Numbered from the stretch's first letter, positions 21,199-32,301 are shown. The stretch is 64,000 nt of DNA from an uncultured bacterium (GCA_963825135.1 CAWGRW010000009.1:608001-672000); one strand, 5' to 3'. Made by a program: numbers and translations. Notes: generated from the sequence alone by a model not told the origin.

Positions 21199-23145
21199 TC
21201 AGTTGCTCTCGCCCAGGACACCGTAGAGGACGTCGCTTAATTTCCCCATCTCGTAGGGCTTCGGCAACACCCCTTTGAAACCGTACTTCTTGTATTTTTC
21301 CAGGATAGGGTCGCTCGAATAACCGCTCGAGACTATGGCCTTGATGCCCGGATCGAAAACGAGGAGCTTCTCGATAGCCTCTTTCCCCCCCATGCCGCCC
21401 GGAACCGTCAGGTCCATGATCACGGTATCGAAGGAATTGCCTTCCATCTTGGCCCTCTTGTAAATCTTTAAAGCCTCGCCCCCGTCCTTGGCGAATTCAA
21501 CGTCATAACCTATGTGTGTCAGCATTTCGCCTGCCGCTTCCCTCACCTCGACCTTATCGTCCATAATCAGTATCCTGCCCTTCCCTCTTCTTATCTCGTG
21601 ATCGGCGGTCGTTTCCGGCTTCTCGGAATAACCCTTTGCCGGCAGGTAAATGATGAATTTCGTTCCCACATGGAGCTCGGACTCTACCGTAATGTACCCC
21701 CCGTGGTTTTTAATGATCGAATACGAGGTAGCGAGTCCGAGGCCGCTCCCGGTTTGTTTGGTTGTAAAATAGGGATCGAATATCCTCGACAGATATTCCC
21801 TGGGTATTCCTATGCCTTCATCCGCGATAGTGGCCTTTACATACTTACCGTCGTCGAGCGGAATACCTTTTTCCTTCTTTGCTTCGACGTTCTCAATCCT
21901 GATTGTCAGCTTCCCCTCGTTCGTCATCGCCTGAACCGCATTGATCAGGATGTTGTTAATTACCTGGCTCATCTGTCCCTCGTCTATCTCTACCGTCCAG
22001 GGCTTGTCATCGACTATAAGATGAAAATCTATGTCGGATCCGCTCATGGTGAAATTGGCGGTTTCCCTTATCACCTTTTCGAGCGGCATCAGGACCCTGT
22101 TTTCAAGCGTTCCGCCTTTTGAGAATGTGAGGAGCTGTGTAGATAGGTCTTTGGCTTTATGACACGCTTTCAAAGCCTGAAACAGCCTCTGTTTTACTTT
22201 TTCATCCGAGATATCGGGAAGCGAGCTGAGTGATATATTGCCCATTATCGATGTGAGAAGGTTGTTGAAATCGTGAGCGACTCCGCCAGCGAGCACCCCT
22301 ATCGATTCCAGCTTTTGCACCTTCAAGAGCTCTTCTTCCAGTTTTTTCAATTCGGTGATATCGCGGAATACCAGCACGACTCCGATAATGATACCGTTTC
22401 TGTCGCGTATCGGGGAGCTGCTGGCTGAAACATACCGACACCCCTCTCTCCCTTTGGTTATAAGCACGGTGCCGTTTTCGAGTCCTACGACGCTGTTGGC
22501 GTTTATCGCCTTAAACACGGGATTCTCTTTCTGTTCCCCGGTTTCGACGTTGACTATGAAGAATACCTCTTCTATGAGCCTTCCCCGGGCCTCCGACTGG
22601 GACCAGCCTGTTAATCGTTCGCCGATACGGTTTATGAGCACCACCTTTCCCTCCGTATCGGTCGCGATCACGCCGTCCCCTATGGAGCTTAGCGTAACCG
22701 CCAGACGCTCCTTTTCTTCAGACAGCGCCTGTTCAAAGCTTTTTCTCTTGTTCGCCTCCTTCTGTCTTTCGAGCGCGTACCTGATCGAGCGCGCGAGCTG
22801 GTTTACATCGACTTCCCCTTTGATCAGATAGTCCTGCGCTCCAAGCTGCACCGCTTTTACTGCAAACTCCTCATCGCTCATGCCGGTGAGAACTATTACG
22901 GGTATATCCGGATAACGTCCGTGAATCTCTTCAAACGATTTCAAGCCCTCGCTATCCGGAAGCTGGAGGTCTAACAATATCAGATCGAATCCGCTGTTTT
23001 CGAGTGCTTGTATCCCTTTCGCGAGTGTGTCCGCGCGCTCGATCACAACTTCGATTCTCTCCGTTCCCCCGAGGATTTTTGCAACGAGCCTGGAGTAACT
23101 TTCGTTATCTTCAATCAGCAGTGTTTTTATTGGATGAGTAGGCAT
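21199..23145 (-). CDS. Hybrid sensor histidine kinase (REC-PAS-HisKA-HATPase-REC)
   Basis: LLDLQLPD, GVAHDFNNLL, FDPYFTTK.TGSGLGL, C-terminal IMDLTVP. Confidence 0.95.
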   Translation of the reverse strand: MPTHPIKTLLIEDNESYSRLVAKILGGTERIEVVIERADTLAKGIQALENSGFDLILLDLQLPDSEGLKSFEEIHGRYPDIPVIVLTGMSDEEFAVKAVQLGAQDYLIKGEVDVNQLARSIRYALERQKEANKRKSFEQALSEEKERLAVTLSSIGDGVIATDTEGKVVLINRIGERLTGWSQSEARGRLIEEVFFIVNVETGEQKENPVFKAINANSVVGLENGTVLITKGREGCRYVSASSSPIRDRNGIIIGVVLVFRDITELKKLEEELLKVQKLESIGVLAGGVAHDFNNLLTSIMGNISLSSLPDISDEKVKQRLFQALKACHKAKDLSTQLLTFSKGGTLENRVLMPLEKVIRETANFTMSGSDIDFHLIVDDKPWTVEIDEGQMSQVINNILINAVQAMTNEGKLTIRIENVEAKKEKGIPLDDGKYVKATIADEGIGIPREYLSRIFDPYFTTKQTGSGLGLATSYSIIKNHGGYITVESELHVGTKFIIYLPAKGYSEKPETTADHEIRRGKGRILIMDDKVEVREAAGEMLTHIGYDVEFAKDGGEALKIYKRAKMEGNSFDTVIMDLTVPGGMGGKEAIEKLLVFDPGIKAIVSSGYSSDPILEKYKKYGFKGVLPKPYEMGKLSDVLYGVLGESN

Positions 23146-23218
23146 TGATACACCCCTTATGCGTGTAACATATCCGAACGATTTGATACATATATCGTGT
23201 TATTGATATATAGATGAT

Positions 23219-23263
23219 TGCAAAAAACATACCAGTATCAACGATTATCATAATTGATTGATA
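23219..23263 (-). promoter_or_regulatory. Sigma54 promoter with IHF site upstream of the hybrid kinase
   Basis: Minus strand TGGTATGTTTTTTGCA (GG-N10-GC) at 23234-23219; TATCAATCAATTA (WATCAANNNNTTR) at 23263-23251. Confidence 0.6.
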
Positions 23264-23490
23264 TCAAATATTATTTCAACGACTGCGCAAAAATTGTCCG
23301 CGACAACAATGACAAAATACGTAATATTCACTCGCAAAAATAACATTCCTCCGTAATTTACATGAAAACGGATTCGGAGAACCGGCGCAGATCGAGTCGG
23401 GCAAATGGAGATTGCAAGTTTAAAAAGATATTGCTCGATTACCTTTTTACGAGGCATCTCGCGGGGGGCTGAAACGCGTCAGATCCAGGC

Positions 23491-24792
23491 TTATTTATTC
23501 ATGCTGTTAAGATTGAGCACGATGCCTTTCGAGTCGCTTTCTTTATTGTTTTTATTTGCATACATCAATTCGTCGGCCCTGACCAACAGCCTGTCTATCG
23601 ACGACGGGATACGAGGGTCGAAGGTCGCGATTCCGAAGCTCAAAGACAACTGATAGGGCCTCGTAGAGCTCGAGTTGTGATGATCCAGGCTGTCCCGTAT
23701 GCGCCGCTGTATAGACTCTTCTCCATTCCCGTCGGAATTAGTGCTCAGCACTACAAATTCATCCCCGCTTACCCTTGCCGTCACGTCCGAGTTCCTGAAA
23801 GTCCGTTTGATTACGGAGGCGGCGTCCACGAGCGCCTGATCCCCGGTATTGTGTCCGTAGGCGTCGTTAATCTGCTTGAGCCCGTCCAGATCGAGGAGTA
23901 TCAGCAACACCTGCTCTTTTCTCCTCTCCGCAGCCTTGATATGGTGCTCGGCAAAGGTAAGGAATCCGCGCCTGTTGTATAGACCCGTCAGATCGTCCGT
24001 TATCGAAAGGCTCCGCAGGCGCTCTTCCATCTTCTTCCGTTCGGTAATATCCCTGGAGTTTACGACCACCCCGATGCCGTTCAAATCGGAACGGCATAAC
24101 TTTCCTATGGATTCGAGCGTGATCCAATACCCTTCCTTGTGCCTGACTCGAAATTCCACCGAATATTGGCGGCCCTGCTTCTGGAGACCTTCCGTGAAAA
24201 TATCCAGGACCCGGGCCAAATCCTCCGGATGGATGAACTCAAACACCTTCCTGCCCGTCAAATCGCCTTCCTCATAACCCAGAATGTTTTTGTGCGATGG
24301 ACTGACAAATGTGATCTTCCCGTCGACATCGAGCATCGCTATCAGGTCCAGGGCATTTTCGATAAGAATCTTGAACCTTTCCTCGCTGCGTTTTACGGCG
24401 TCGTCGGCTTTTTTGCGCTCAATCGCATATCTGATAGAGCGTATGAGGAGCTTCGCGTCCACCTGGCCTTTCATCAGATAGTCCTGAGCGCCCATCTGGA
24501 CCGCTTTTATGGCAAAGGACTCGTCGTCGGTCCCGGTGAGCACAATGATTGGGACATCCGTGACTTCACTGATGCTCAGAAGCGTATCTATATTGCCGCT
24601 ATCCGGCAGGTCGAGGTCTAGCAGAATGAGATCCAGACCTCCTCTGGAAGCTCTTTCGTACCCTCCGGAGAATGTTTGATGGTGCTCCACTTCCATCGCG
24701 GAGGATGTCTTCTTCGAGAGAATCCTCTTGATCAGTTGCGCATATTCCAGGTTATCTTCAATCAATAATATTTTTGTGTTCTTGTCGATCAT
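23491..24792 (-). CDS. REC-PAS diguanylate cyclase (SGDEF variant)
   Basis: DDLTGLYNRRGF, DLDGLKQINDAYGH, RxxD I-site RNSD, ARVSGDEF. Confidence 0.93.
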   Translation of the reverse strand: MIDKNTKILLIEDNLEYAQLIKRILSKKTSSAMEVEHHQTFSGGYERASRGGLDLILLDLDLPDSGNIDTLLSISEVTDVPIIVLTGTDDESFAIKAVQMGAQDYLMKGQVDAKLLIRSIRYAIERKKADDAVKRSEERFKILIENALDLIAMLDVDGKITFVSPSHKNILGYEEGDLTGRKVFEFIHPEDLARVLDIFTEGLQKQGRQYSVEFRVRHKEGYWITLESIGKLCRSDLNGIGVVVNSRDITERKKMEERLRSLSITDDLTGLYNRRGFLTFAEHHIKAAERRKEQVLLILLDLDGLKQINDAYGHNTGDQALVDAASVIKRTFRNSDVTARVSGDEFVVLSTNSDGNGEESIQRRIRDSLDHHNSSSTRPYQLSLSFGIATFDPRIPSSIDRLLVRADELMYANKNNKESDSKGIVLNLNSMNK

Positions 24793-25007
24793 AGCGGGTT
24801 GAGCTCCATAACGGCGGCTGGCATTTATATTAGTGCGCGTATCAGAACGGCAGAAGCCGCTTGTTAATCTTGTGCATCCGGCGCTTCTCCCATCCGAGGA
24901 AGCTGTAAAACCGGCTTAAGCACGCCGTGTTTGTTAAGCTCCGGATGAGAATAGACCGGTTCCGGGTCAATCCTCCTTCGCCATACCTACTTGTTACCAA
25001 TCAATAT

Positions 25008-25023
25008 AACAAAAACCATGCCA
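25008..25023 (-). promoter_or_regulatory. Possible sigma54 promoter for the diguanylate cyclase
   Basis: TGGCATGGTTTTTGTT: GG-N10-GT, one mismatch at -12. Confidence 0.4.
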
Positions 25024-25281
25024 TTAAACGCGCTTTGTTTGATTGTCGTAACAGTCTCTTACAATTGAATAATTTATAAGTTTTAATAACCCTGCCCTTT
25101 GCGCTTCTCAAATCGCTAACAATATTCGTCCGGCCATGCGACATTTCTCAGTCCAAAATTACTTTTTCGCCGCCAATGCGCTGAGATGCATAAAGAATTG
25201 TTGAATATTCGCAGACGGGCTATTACACTCGGTGGAGGCCTCTAATGCCGGATGATATGATCTCATCACAGGAGACACGAG

Positions 25282-25911
25282 ATGAAGCTGCTGGTTATCG
25301 GCGCGACAAGGGGAATCGGCGCCCGGCTTGCGGAGCGTGCGTGCGGAGAGGGGCACGCGGTCACCGTCCTTGCGCGTAATCCGGAGGCATGCAGACCGGG
25401 AGCCAAAAACATCAAAGTCGTCAAAGGCGACATCAGAGACGAGCGCTCGGTCGGAAATGCCGTAGCGGGTCAGGACGCAGTATGCATCACGATAGGAATC
25501 GGTCCCGCCCTGAGACCCGTGACGGTATTTTCCGAAGGGACGGGAATCGTCATTGACGCTATGGAAAGGTACTCGGTTCCCAGGCTGATATGCGTCACCG
25601 GCATAGGGGCCGGGGACTCTAAAGGCCACGGGGGATTCCTCTATGATAAGATCGTGTTCCCGGTATTTCTTAAGACGATATACGAGGACAAGAATCTTCA
25701 GGAGTCGATAGTCAGAGATTCACGGCTGCAGTGGGAGATAGTAAGGCCCGGCTTTTTAACTAACGGGCCGGAAACGGGCCGGTACAGGGTCATCACGGAC
25801 TTGTCGGGAGTAACATGCGGCAGTATCTCGCGCGCAGACGCCGCGCATTTTATCCTCGGGGAGCTTAGCGCGATGAAGTACGCCCGGCAGACACCGCTCC
25901 TCACATACTGA
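25282..25911 (+). CDS. NAD(P)H-binding SDR / flavin reductase-like oxidoreductase
   Basis: GATRGIG Rossmann motif, YEDK..QE, WEIVRPGFL, ISRAD. Confidence 0.88.
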   Translation: MKLLVIGATRGIGARLAERACGEGHAVTVLARNPEACRPGAKNIKVVKGDIRDERSVGNAVAGQDAVCITIGIGPALRPVTVFSEGTGIVIDAMERYSVPRLICVTGIGAGDSKGHGGFLYDKIVFPVFLKTIYEDKNLQESIVRDSRLQWEIVRPGFLTNGPETGRYRVITDLSGVTCGSISRADAAHFILGELSAMKYARQTPLLTY

Positions 25912-26047
25912 CCGGGAGAAGCGTGTTACAAGCTTCCTCCGGCAACCACAAGGCCGTCTCGAATTTTCAGCACATGATGGATTATTCGGGGGACTCTGTA
26001 TTATAATAGTTAGCAAATTCCGGGCGAGAGCCTGAGAGCGGACTAAT

Positions 26048-27016
26048 ATGCCCACAATAAAAGAGACGAGAAATCAGATGGTTCAGTTCGTATTTCCCGA
26101 GCACGCGAACACGCACGGCTCCCTGCACGGGGGGAGGCTCATGGATTGGATAATGCTCGCGGGGAGCATTAACTCGTCCCGAATCTCCAGGGGGATAACC
26201 GTCCTCGGCGCAACGGACAGCATAGATTTCTTAAACCCCGTAAAGGTCGGGGAAATAGTAATACTCGACTGCCGGGTCGAGCACATCGGATCGAGCTCCA
26301 TGGAGTTAGGCGTTACGGTACATTCCGAGAACCTGGAGACCAGGGAGAAGAAGCTTACAACGGTGTCGCATATGGCTTTTATCGCGGTGGATAAGGACGG
26401 GAACACAAGACATATCGCGGATAAGATCGAGCCCGACGATAATGAAAAACGCCTTAACGACGAGGCCCGGATGAGGAGAGAGCAGAGAATCCCGAAGCTC
26501 GGGATAAGGGACGAACAGGCAAGGAACATCATCGATGAAACCGAAATTACGAGGATGCGTCTTGAGACGACGAAGGTGGTTTTACCGGAAGACAGCTTCT
26601 ACGGAAACTTCATGTCCGTCGGCAAGCTAATGCTCGGCATAGACGAGACCGCAGCAATACTCGCCATGAGATTCGTCAAGGGCGTCCTGGTGACGGGCTC
26701 TCTCGACGAGCTTTTTTTCTACTCGCCCATAAGGGTCGGGGACATAATAATATTCAAGGCCGGCATTACTTACGTTGGGAACACGTCTCTGGAAGTGGGC
26801 ATCAAGGTGCTTTCCGAAAACATCCTCAGCGGAGAACAAAAACATACCTGTACCGCGTTTCTGACCTACGTCCACGTCGGGGAGGACGGGGGACCGAAAC
26901 GGGTGCCGGAGTTCAGACCCGAGACGCCCGAAGAAAAGAGGCTCTGGAAAAAGGCCCTGGAAAGGAAGGACAGAAGGACCGAGCGGGTAAAGCGTATAAA
27001 CGAGTCCGAGAACTGA
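26048..27016 (+). CDS. Acyl-CoA thioesterase, tandem hotdog domains
   Basis: PEHANTHGSLHGG and a second hotdog repeat (VGNTSLEVG). Confidence 0.9.
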   Translation: MPTIKETRNQMVQFVFPEHANTHGSLHGGRLMDWIMLAGSINSSRISRGITVLGATDSIDFLNPVKVGEIVILDCRVEHIGSSSMELGVTVHSENLETREKKLTTVSHMAFIAVDKDGNTRHIADKIEPDDNEKRLNDEARMRREQRIPKLGIRDEQARNIIDETEITRMRLETTKVVLPEDSFYGNFMSVGKLMLGIDETAAILAMRFVKGVLVTGSLDELFFYSPIRVGDIIIFKAGITYVGNTSLEVGIKVLSENILSGEQKHTCTAFLTYVHVGEDGGPKRVPEFRPETPEEKRLWKKALERKDRRTERVKRINESEN

Positions 27017-27133
27017 GTCCGGCAATTTCCTCCGCGCCCGCTTTTATGTTACGATCTTTGCCGACCGTTATCTCATAATTCTTATGCCGGTGAGCATAAC
27101 GGGTCGGGATTCCCGGGACCCTCACGAAACTAT

Positions 27134-27574
27134 ATGAAAACGACATCGAGAGTGCTGCTGATTTCCCTGGGCTTATTCCTAATGGACATGATCAGCGTGC
27201 CCGTCGGCTACTATTCGTCCGTACCGGAGGTACGGGGACAAACCGAGCCCGTGAAAGGCGCGGGGAAAACGGATTACATTACCGATGACGGCATAGTCCA
27301 CTTCCAAAGCCACACCGATTTAATCGACCTGGTAACCGCAATGAGCGAGATAAAAGGCGAGGCTTATGTAATCGACGGCTCAGTGCCCCCCAAGGATATA
27401 AGCATAATAACCCCCGAAGGGGGGATGAAGAAAGAAGACGCAATTGTTTTTTTCGACACGGTCCTCCGCATGAACGGTCTTGCCGTGGTAAAAGCGGACG
27501 GGGTCAATAAGGTCGTTAATTCGAGCGGCGTCAAGGGAGAAAGCACTCCCGTCGAAACCGATAAGCAGAATTAG
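27134..27574 (+). CDS. Exported protein resembling a stand-alone secretin (GspD) N0 domain
   Basis: N-terminal hydrophobic segment; DLIDLVTAMSEIKGEAYVID...ISIITP...FFDTVLRMNGLAVV matches the N0 pattern. Confidence 0.6.
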   Translation: MKTTSRVLLISLGLFLMDMISVPVGYYSSVPEVRGQTEPVKGAGKTDYITDDGIVHFQSHTDLIDLVTAMSEIKGEAYVIDGSVPPKDISIITPEGGMKKEDAIVFFDTVLRMNGLAVVKADGVNKVVNSSGVKGESTPVETDKQN

Positions 27575-27588
27575 GGGACGGCGGCGGC

Positions 27589-28497
27589 TCAGAAGACGGG
27601 CGCTTCGAGTCTCTCGCTCCTGATAACGAGATAATTGGAAACCAGGATAAAAACGCCTCCTAACAGCACGTATCCGTCTATTTTCTGCGAGAAGAATATC
27701 CAGGCCAGTATCGTCGCGCTTACGGGTTCAAGCAAAAGGATTATCCCCGCTACGGAAGCGGACAGCCTTCTGAGCGACCTGTAGAAGAGCAGATGGGGCA
27801 CGGCCCCGCCCACCATGGCAAAAACGACGAGATAACCCCAGTCCGCGGGGCTCAGGCCCGGCGTGAGCTTCACGAAGCCCTTATCGGGAATCAGGAGATT
27901 TGCGGCGGGCAGGAGGAGGAGCAGCCATAGAGAGGCAAAGCCCGACCAGCCGAAGGTCGTCGTGATGTAGTGCTGGTCGAGAGCGCTGCTCCGCTTGCCG
28001 AGAATAACCCAGAGAGACAACAGCACGCCCGCGGCGAGGGCCGCCGCCACGCCCGGTAGCGGCAGGCCCGAAGCGGTCTCCCAGCTCTCGAACAGAACGA
28101 CCATCCCCGCAATACCCAGGAGCACGGAAACCAGCTTTACGGATGTTATCTTCTCTCCGAGAAAAAGCCTCCCGAAGAATATCGTCCACACAGGCTGGGT
28201 GTATAGAAGCAGGACCGTAAGGGCGACGGGCAGTCCGAGGGCTATGCCGGAGAATAACGACAGCTCGAGGAGCCCGCCGATCAGTCCGTAGAGGGCGTAA
28301 AAAGGGATCTTGTCCCTCCTCAGCATGTAACGCGGCTTGATAAGTACTACCGGGAGGAGCATTACGAACACCAGGAGGGACCTGTAAAACGACACCTCAT
28401 ATTGGGAGAGCCCCCGGTCGATCAGGAACTGCCCGCCGGGCGCTATGCTCCCGTATAAAATCCCCGCCAGAATTACGTACCAGTATTCCCTTTGCAT
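27589..28497 (-). CDS. EamA/DMT family transporter
   Basis: About ten TM segments, LLYTQPVW, LLEPVSA. Confidence 0.92.
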   Translation of the reverse strand: MQREYWYVILAGILYGSIAPGGQFLIDRGLSQYEVSFYRSLLVFVMLLPVVLIKPRYMLRRDKIPFYALYGLIGGLLELSLFSGIALGLPVALTVLLLYTQPVWTIFFGRLFLGEKITSVKLVSVLLGIAGMVVLFESWETASGLPLPGVAAALAAGVLLSLWVILGKRSSALDQHYITTTFGWSGFASLWLLLLLPAANLLIPDKGFVKLTPGLSPADWGYLVVFAMVGGAVPHLLFYRSLRRLSASVAGIILLLEPVSATILAWIFFSQKIDGYVLLGGVFILVSNYLVIRSERLEAPVF

Positions 28498-28616
28498 ATA
28501 TTTGGTATTTAGAAATTCGAATAGTCCGGGCGTGTCCGCGGCGCTCGGGAAGCCCCGCCGCCGAGTCCGCCGTCCGGGGTATCGGAATTCCGCCCGCTAA
28601 ATACGGGGTTTGTGCG

Positions 28617-29702
28617 CTACCTTAAATCCTTTAGCCTCGGCATTACCTCTTCGACAAGCAGCTTCATGGACTTCACCCATTTGTCCCTCGGCTTCCACTC
28701 GTGCCCCATGACAAGGAGCACGCCGAACCCTCCCACGTGATCGTAGAGCTCCCTGATTTTTTCGACCGCGTCATCGGGGCTCCCGACTATCCAGAGGTTG
28801 TCCATCATGTAATCGATCGTAACCTCGCCGTCGGTCATACTCTTGTCCGTTTTAAATATGTCGAGATTCCCTCTTATCCTGGGGACCATCTTAAAAAAAT
28901 AATCCGTAAAGTCCCTGGCGAGGGTCCCCTCCTTCACGTCCCTCCGCGCCTCCTCCGCGCTCTCGGCGATATAGATGTCCCGCGCGACGCGCCAGAGCGA
29001 CTTGTCGGGCTTCCTGCCGGCGCTCAGCGCGCCTTCCTCCACGGACGCCCAGTGTGTCCTCAGGACGTCCCTGGTTATGAAATTAATGCTCATGGGTATC
29101 CAGCCGTTGGCGCCCGCTATTCTGAGCGTCCCCGAGCTCGCGGTAATGCCGGCGACGGCTATGGGCGGGTGAGGTTTCTGATAGGGTTTCGTATGCACCC
29201 CGAGCCCGACGTCGGCCTGCGGCGCGGGAACGGTGAATCTCCACCGCCTGTTCTCGTACTTCCCGGGCCTGGGGTCTTTCCAGAGGTTCAAGATGAACTC
29301 AAGCGACTCGTTCGTCAAGTCCCTCTGCTCCCCCGATTTGGCGTCGATGCCGAAGGCCTCGAAATCCCCGATGAAGCTCCCCGCCCCCACGCCCCAGTAA
29401 AACCTTCCCTTGGCCAGATGGTCGAGCACGGCTATCCTGTGCGCGAGGACAAACGGGTCGTGGTCCGGGAGACAGGAGACGCCCGTCCCCAGTATGATAT
29501 TTTTCGTAAGCGGGATGGCCTTCGCCAGGAGGAGGTCGGGGGCGGCTATGTTCTCCCATCCCGCCGTAAAATGCTCCCCTACCCAGGCCTCCCTGAACCC
29601 TAGCCGGTCGAGTGTGACGAGCTGTTCGAGGTCTTCATCGAGGGTCTCCGTCAGGTTCGAGCCCGCGGGATGAAGGGGCATTGTAAAGTAGCCTATTTCC
29701 AA
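28617..29702 (-). CDS. LLM-class flavin-dependent oxidoreductase
   Basis: EAWVGEH, LGTGV, LDHLAKGR, PYQKPHPPIAVA. Confidence 0.92.
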   Translation of the reverse strand: MEIGYFTMPLHPAGSNLTETLDEDLEQLVTLDRLGFREAWVGEHFTAGWENIAAPDLLLAKAIPLTKNIILGTGVSCLPDHDPFVLAHRIAVLDHLAKGRFYWGVGAGSFIGDFEAFGIDAKSGEQRDLTNESLEFILNLWKDPRPGKYENRRWRFTVPAPQADVGLGVHTKPYQKPHPPIAVAGITASSGTLRIAGANGWIPMSINFITRDVLRTHWASVEEGALSAGRKPDKSLWRVARDIYIAESAEEARRDVKEGTLARDFTDYFFKMVPRIRGNLDIFKTDKSMTDGEVTIDYMMDNLWIVGSPDDAVEKIRELYDHVGGFGVLLVMGHEWKPRDKWVKSMKLLVEEVMPRLKDLR

Positions 29703-29879
29703 TAGGAACTCCGGAGAATTTACGTATCGGTATGAGTTTCAGGATATTAACACATCCTGAGTTTTTCCACAAAAACTATGCGCGGGAAAGAGGGATTTCG
29801 CGGCGACTGCCCTGATTTTTTTTGTAATTAAAAATCCCCTTACGTATAATCTTAATGCTCCGGCAAGGATCAATCCACC

Positions 29880-31085
29880 ATGGCAGTCATCCCTGGACGC
29901 GCCGTAAACGCTATCCGTGAATTTCTCAAGCTCGAATCAGCCAGCGGGATTATTCTGGTGGGAGCGGCGGTCCTCGCCATGATACTGAGCAACTCGCCTC
30001 TATCGGGCCTCTACGATCTTCTTCTGGACACCCCCGTGGAGATAAGAGTAGGGGCGCTTCAGCTGGCCAAGCCCCTCCTCCTGTGGATTAACGACGGCCT
30101 CATGGCGGTGTTCTTCCTCCTCATCGGTCTCGAAATAAAGCGCGAGGTGCTGGACGGACAGCTGTCCAGTCTTTCTCAAATCGCCCTCCCGGGTATAGCG
30201 GCTCTGGGGGGCATGGCCGTGCCCGCCCTGATATACGTATTTTTCAATTTCAGTTACCCCGGGGGATTACACGGGTGGGCTATTCCGGCGGCGACGGACA
30301 TCGCGTTCGCTCTCGGCGTCATGACGCTGCTCGGTTCCCGTGTGCCGCTCTCCCTGAAGCTCTTCCTCCTGACCCTCGCGATAATAGACGACCTCGGGGC
30401 TATAGTGATAATCGCTGTCTTCTATTCGGGGAAGCTGTCCCTCGTATCCCTCGTCCTGGCGGGAATCTCGGTGGCGGCGCTTGCGGCGATGAACCTGATG
30501 GGCGTGAAGAGGATAACGGCGTATGTGATAGTCGGCGTGATATTGTGGATATGCGTGCTGAAATCGGGGGTGCACGCGACGCTCGCGGGGGTCGTGCTCG
30601 CCCTGGCGATCCCCATGAGGACGAAGGAAGAGGAGCCCTGTCCGCTCCGGGAGCTCGAACACACGCTCCATCCCTGGGTGGCGTTCTGCATCATGCCCGT
30701 ATTCGCTTTCGCAAACGCGGGCGTGTCGCTCGAGGGAATGAGCGTGTTCACGATATTCGAGCCCGTTCCCGTGGGGGTCGCGCTCGGCCTTTTTCTCGGC
30801 AAGCAGCTCGGGGTGTTCGGGTTCGCGAAGCTATGCATAAAGCTGGGACTGGCAAAAATGCCCGAAGGAGCGAACTGGCTCTCGCTTTACGGGACGTCGG
30901 TCCTGTGCGGTATAGGCTTTACCATGAGCTTATTTATCAGCACGCTGGCCTTCGACCCGGGCATGGCGGAGGACGGCATATCGGCGAGGCTGGGCATCCT
31001 GACGGGGTCGTTCGTCTCGGCCGTATGCGGGTATCTGATATTAAAATACGCTCTGACGAAGAAAACTGACCAGGGCGAGCAATGA
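29880..31085 (+). CDS. nhaA: Na+/H+ antiporter NhaA
   Basis: [36 protein letters not shown]. Confidence 0.98.
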   Translation: MAVIPGRAVNAIREFLKLESASGIILVGAAVLAMILSNSPLSGLYDLLLDTPVEIRVGALQLAKPLLLWINDGLMAVFFLLIGLEIKREVLDGQLSSLSQIALPGIAALGGMAVPALIYVFFNFSYPGGLHGWAIPAATDIAFALGVMTLLGSRVPLSLKLFLLTLAIIDDLGAIVIIAVFYSGKLSLVSLVLAGISVAALAAMNLMGVKRITAYVIVGVILWICVLKSGVHATLAGVVLALAIPMRTKEEEPCPLRELEHTLHPWVAFCIMPVFAFANAGVSLEGMSVFTIFEPVPVGVALGLFLGKQLGVFGFAKLCIKLGLAKMPEGANWLSLYGTSVLCGIGFTMSLFISTLAFDPGMAEDGISARLGILTGSFVSAVCGYLILKYALTKKTDQGEQ

Positions 31086-31119
31086 ATATAAACTATTCGA
31101 CCGGGGCCCCGGACGGAGC

Positions 31120-31729
31120 ATGGCCATGCAGGACCGCATAAAAGGAATCGCTACTTTTCGTATCGCTTTTCTACATCACCTTCTATCTCCCGATGACTCT
31201 GACTTTTTACGCCCCCCAGTGGATGAAGCTCAACTGCGAATGGCACGAAAGGTGCCAAGCCATAGGCTTCGATAAGGCATACAACGGGATAGACGAGCTC
31301 GCCTCATTTTTCAGACACAGCGGAGGACTCGAAAGTTTCTGGACTCAGAAAGAAAAACTGCATTTAACGGAAGTGCGCGGCATGTTCGATAAGATGCTCG
31401 CTGGCGGGGCGGCGGCGCTCATATTGCTATTGCTGACCTACGACCGCAAGCGGGCCTCCCGCTACGCGCTCGTAAACGCGGCGATTATTCTATGCCTTCT
31501 CCTGGTGCTCCCCTTTTTCACGACGTTCTGGAGGGACGTGTTCCACCCGCTCCTGTTTAAAAACAACCTCTGGATGAACAACAGGTTCGACCTTTCCTTC
31601 TATATCATGCCGAGACAGTTCTTTAAATATACGGTTGCGCTGCTGGTACTGCTCTCGGTGTCGATAAACGTAATTCTCTGGCTAGTGCTGCGCGAAGGGA
31701 AGAAGAAAAAGGGAAAGATAAAACCCTAG
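31120..31729 (+). CDS. DUF1461-like membrane protein; apparent 1-nt frameshift near 31150 (ORF track starts at 31193)
   Basis: EKLHLTEVRGMF, FHPLLFKNNLW; upstream ATG with GGAG RBS gives M(AM)QDRIKGI, which joins LLFVSLFY only after a frame change. Confidence 0.6.
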
Positions 31730-32301
31730 TCGAATATATCGTTGAAATCGCAGACGTCCGAATCGATGCAGTGGTTGAAGTCCGGCTTGTTGCTGTGATC
31801 GGGCGCCATGCCGTACCTGTGGGCGAGCTCGTGCTTCCATACTATGAACTCCCCGCAGCCCGCGAAGCCGCCCTCGGAAAGCGCGATCGCGTCGAGAGCG
31901 GGGAAATATTCGCCCCCGCACTCGCTTGTGCCCTCGGCCTCGCACTCGAAGCGGTTCGGCACCACGTATACTCGGAGCTCGGACAGGGGCGGGACGACTG
32001 CGCCTGAGTCGAGCATAAAATCCTCGAAGCCCGCCTGGTCGCCCTCCGCGAACTGGCAGTTGAGGAATTGCTTGGCCCTGGTGTCGAGTATCTGGAGAAC
32101 TCTATCCGTCCCCGTATCCACACGGGGATCTATCGCCACCTGTATGCCGTAAAAAGGCGTCGTCAGGTTGTAATCCTGCGAGTCCATCACTCCCTCGTCT
32201 ATGAGCGGGTCCACCGGCCCGGCGACAATATCCGTTACCTGATCACACGAAACGAGTGAAACGGAAATCATTGCGGCGAAGATAAGAACGAAGCGTATCA
32301 T
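31726..32301 (-). CDS. Lipoprotein with HExxH zinc-peptidase-like motif
   Basis: Lipobox SLVSC, KHELAHRYG, several cysteines; ATG at 32301 with AGGAAGG RBS. Confidence 0.65.
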   Translation of the reverse strand: MIRFVLIFAAMISVSLVSCDQVTDIVAGPVDPLIDEGVMDSQDYNLTTPFYGIQVAIDPRVDTGTDRVLQILDTRAKQFLNCQFAEGDQAGFEDFMLDSGAVVPPLSELRVYVVPNRFECEAEGTSECGGEYFPALDAIALSEGGFAGCGEFIVWKHELAHRYGMAPDHSNKPDFNHCIDSDVCDFNDIFD

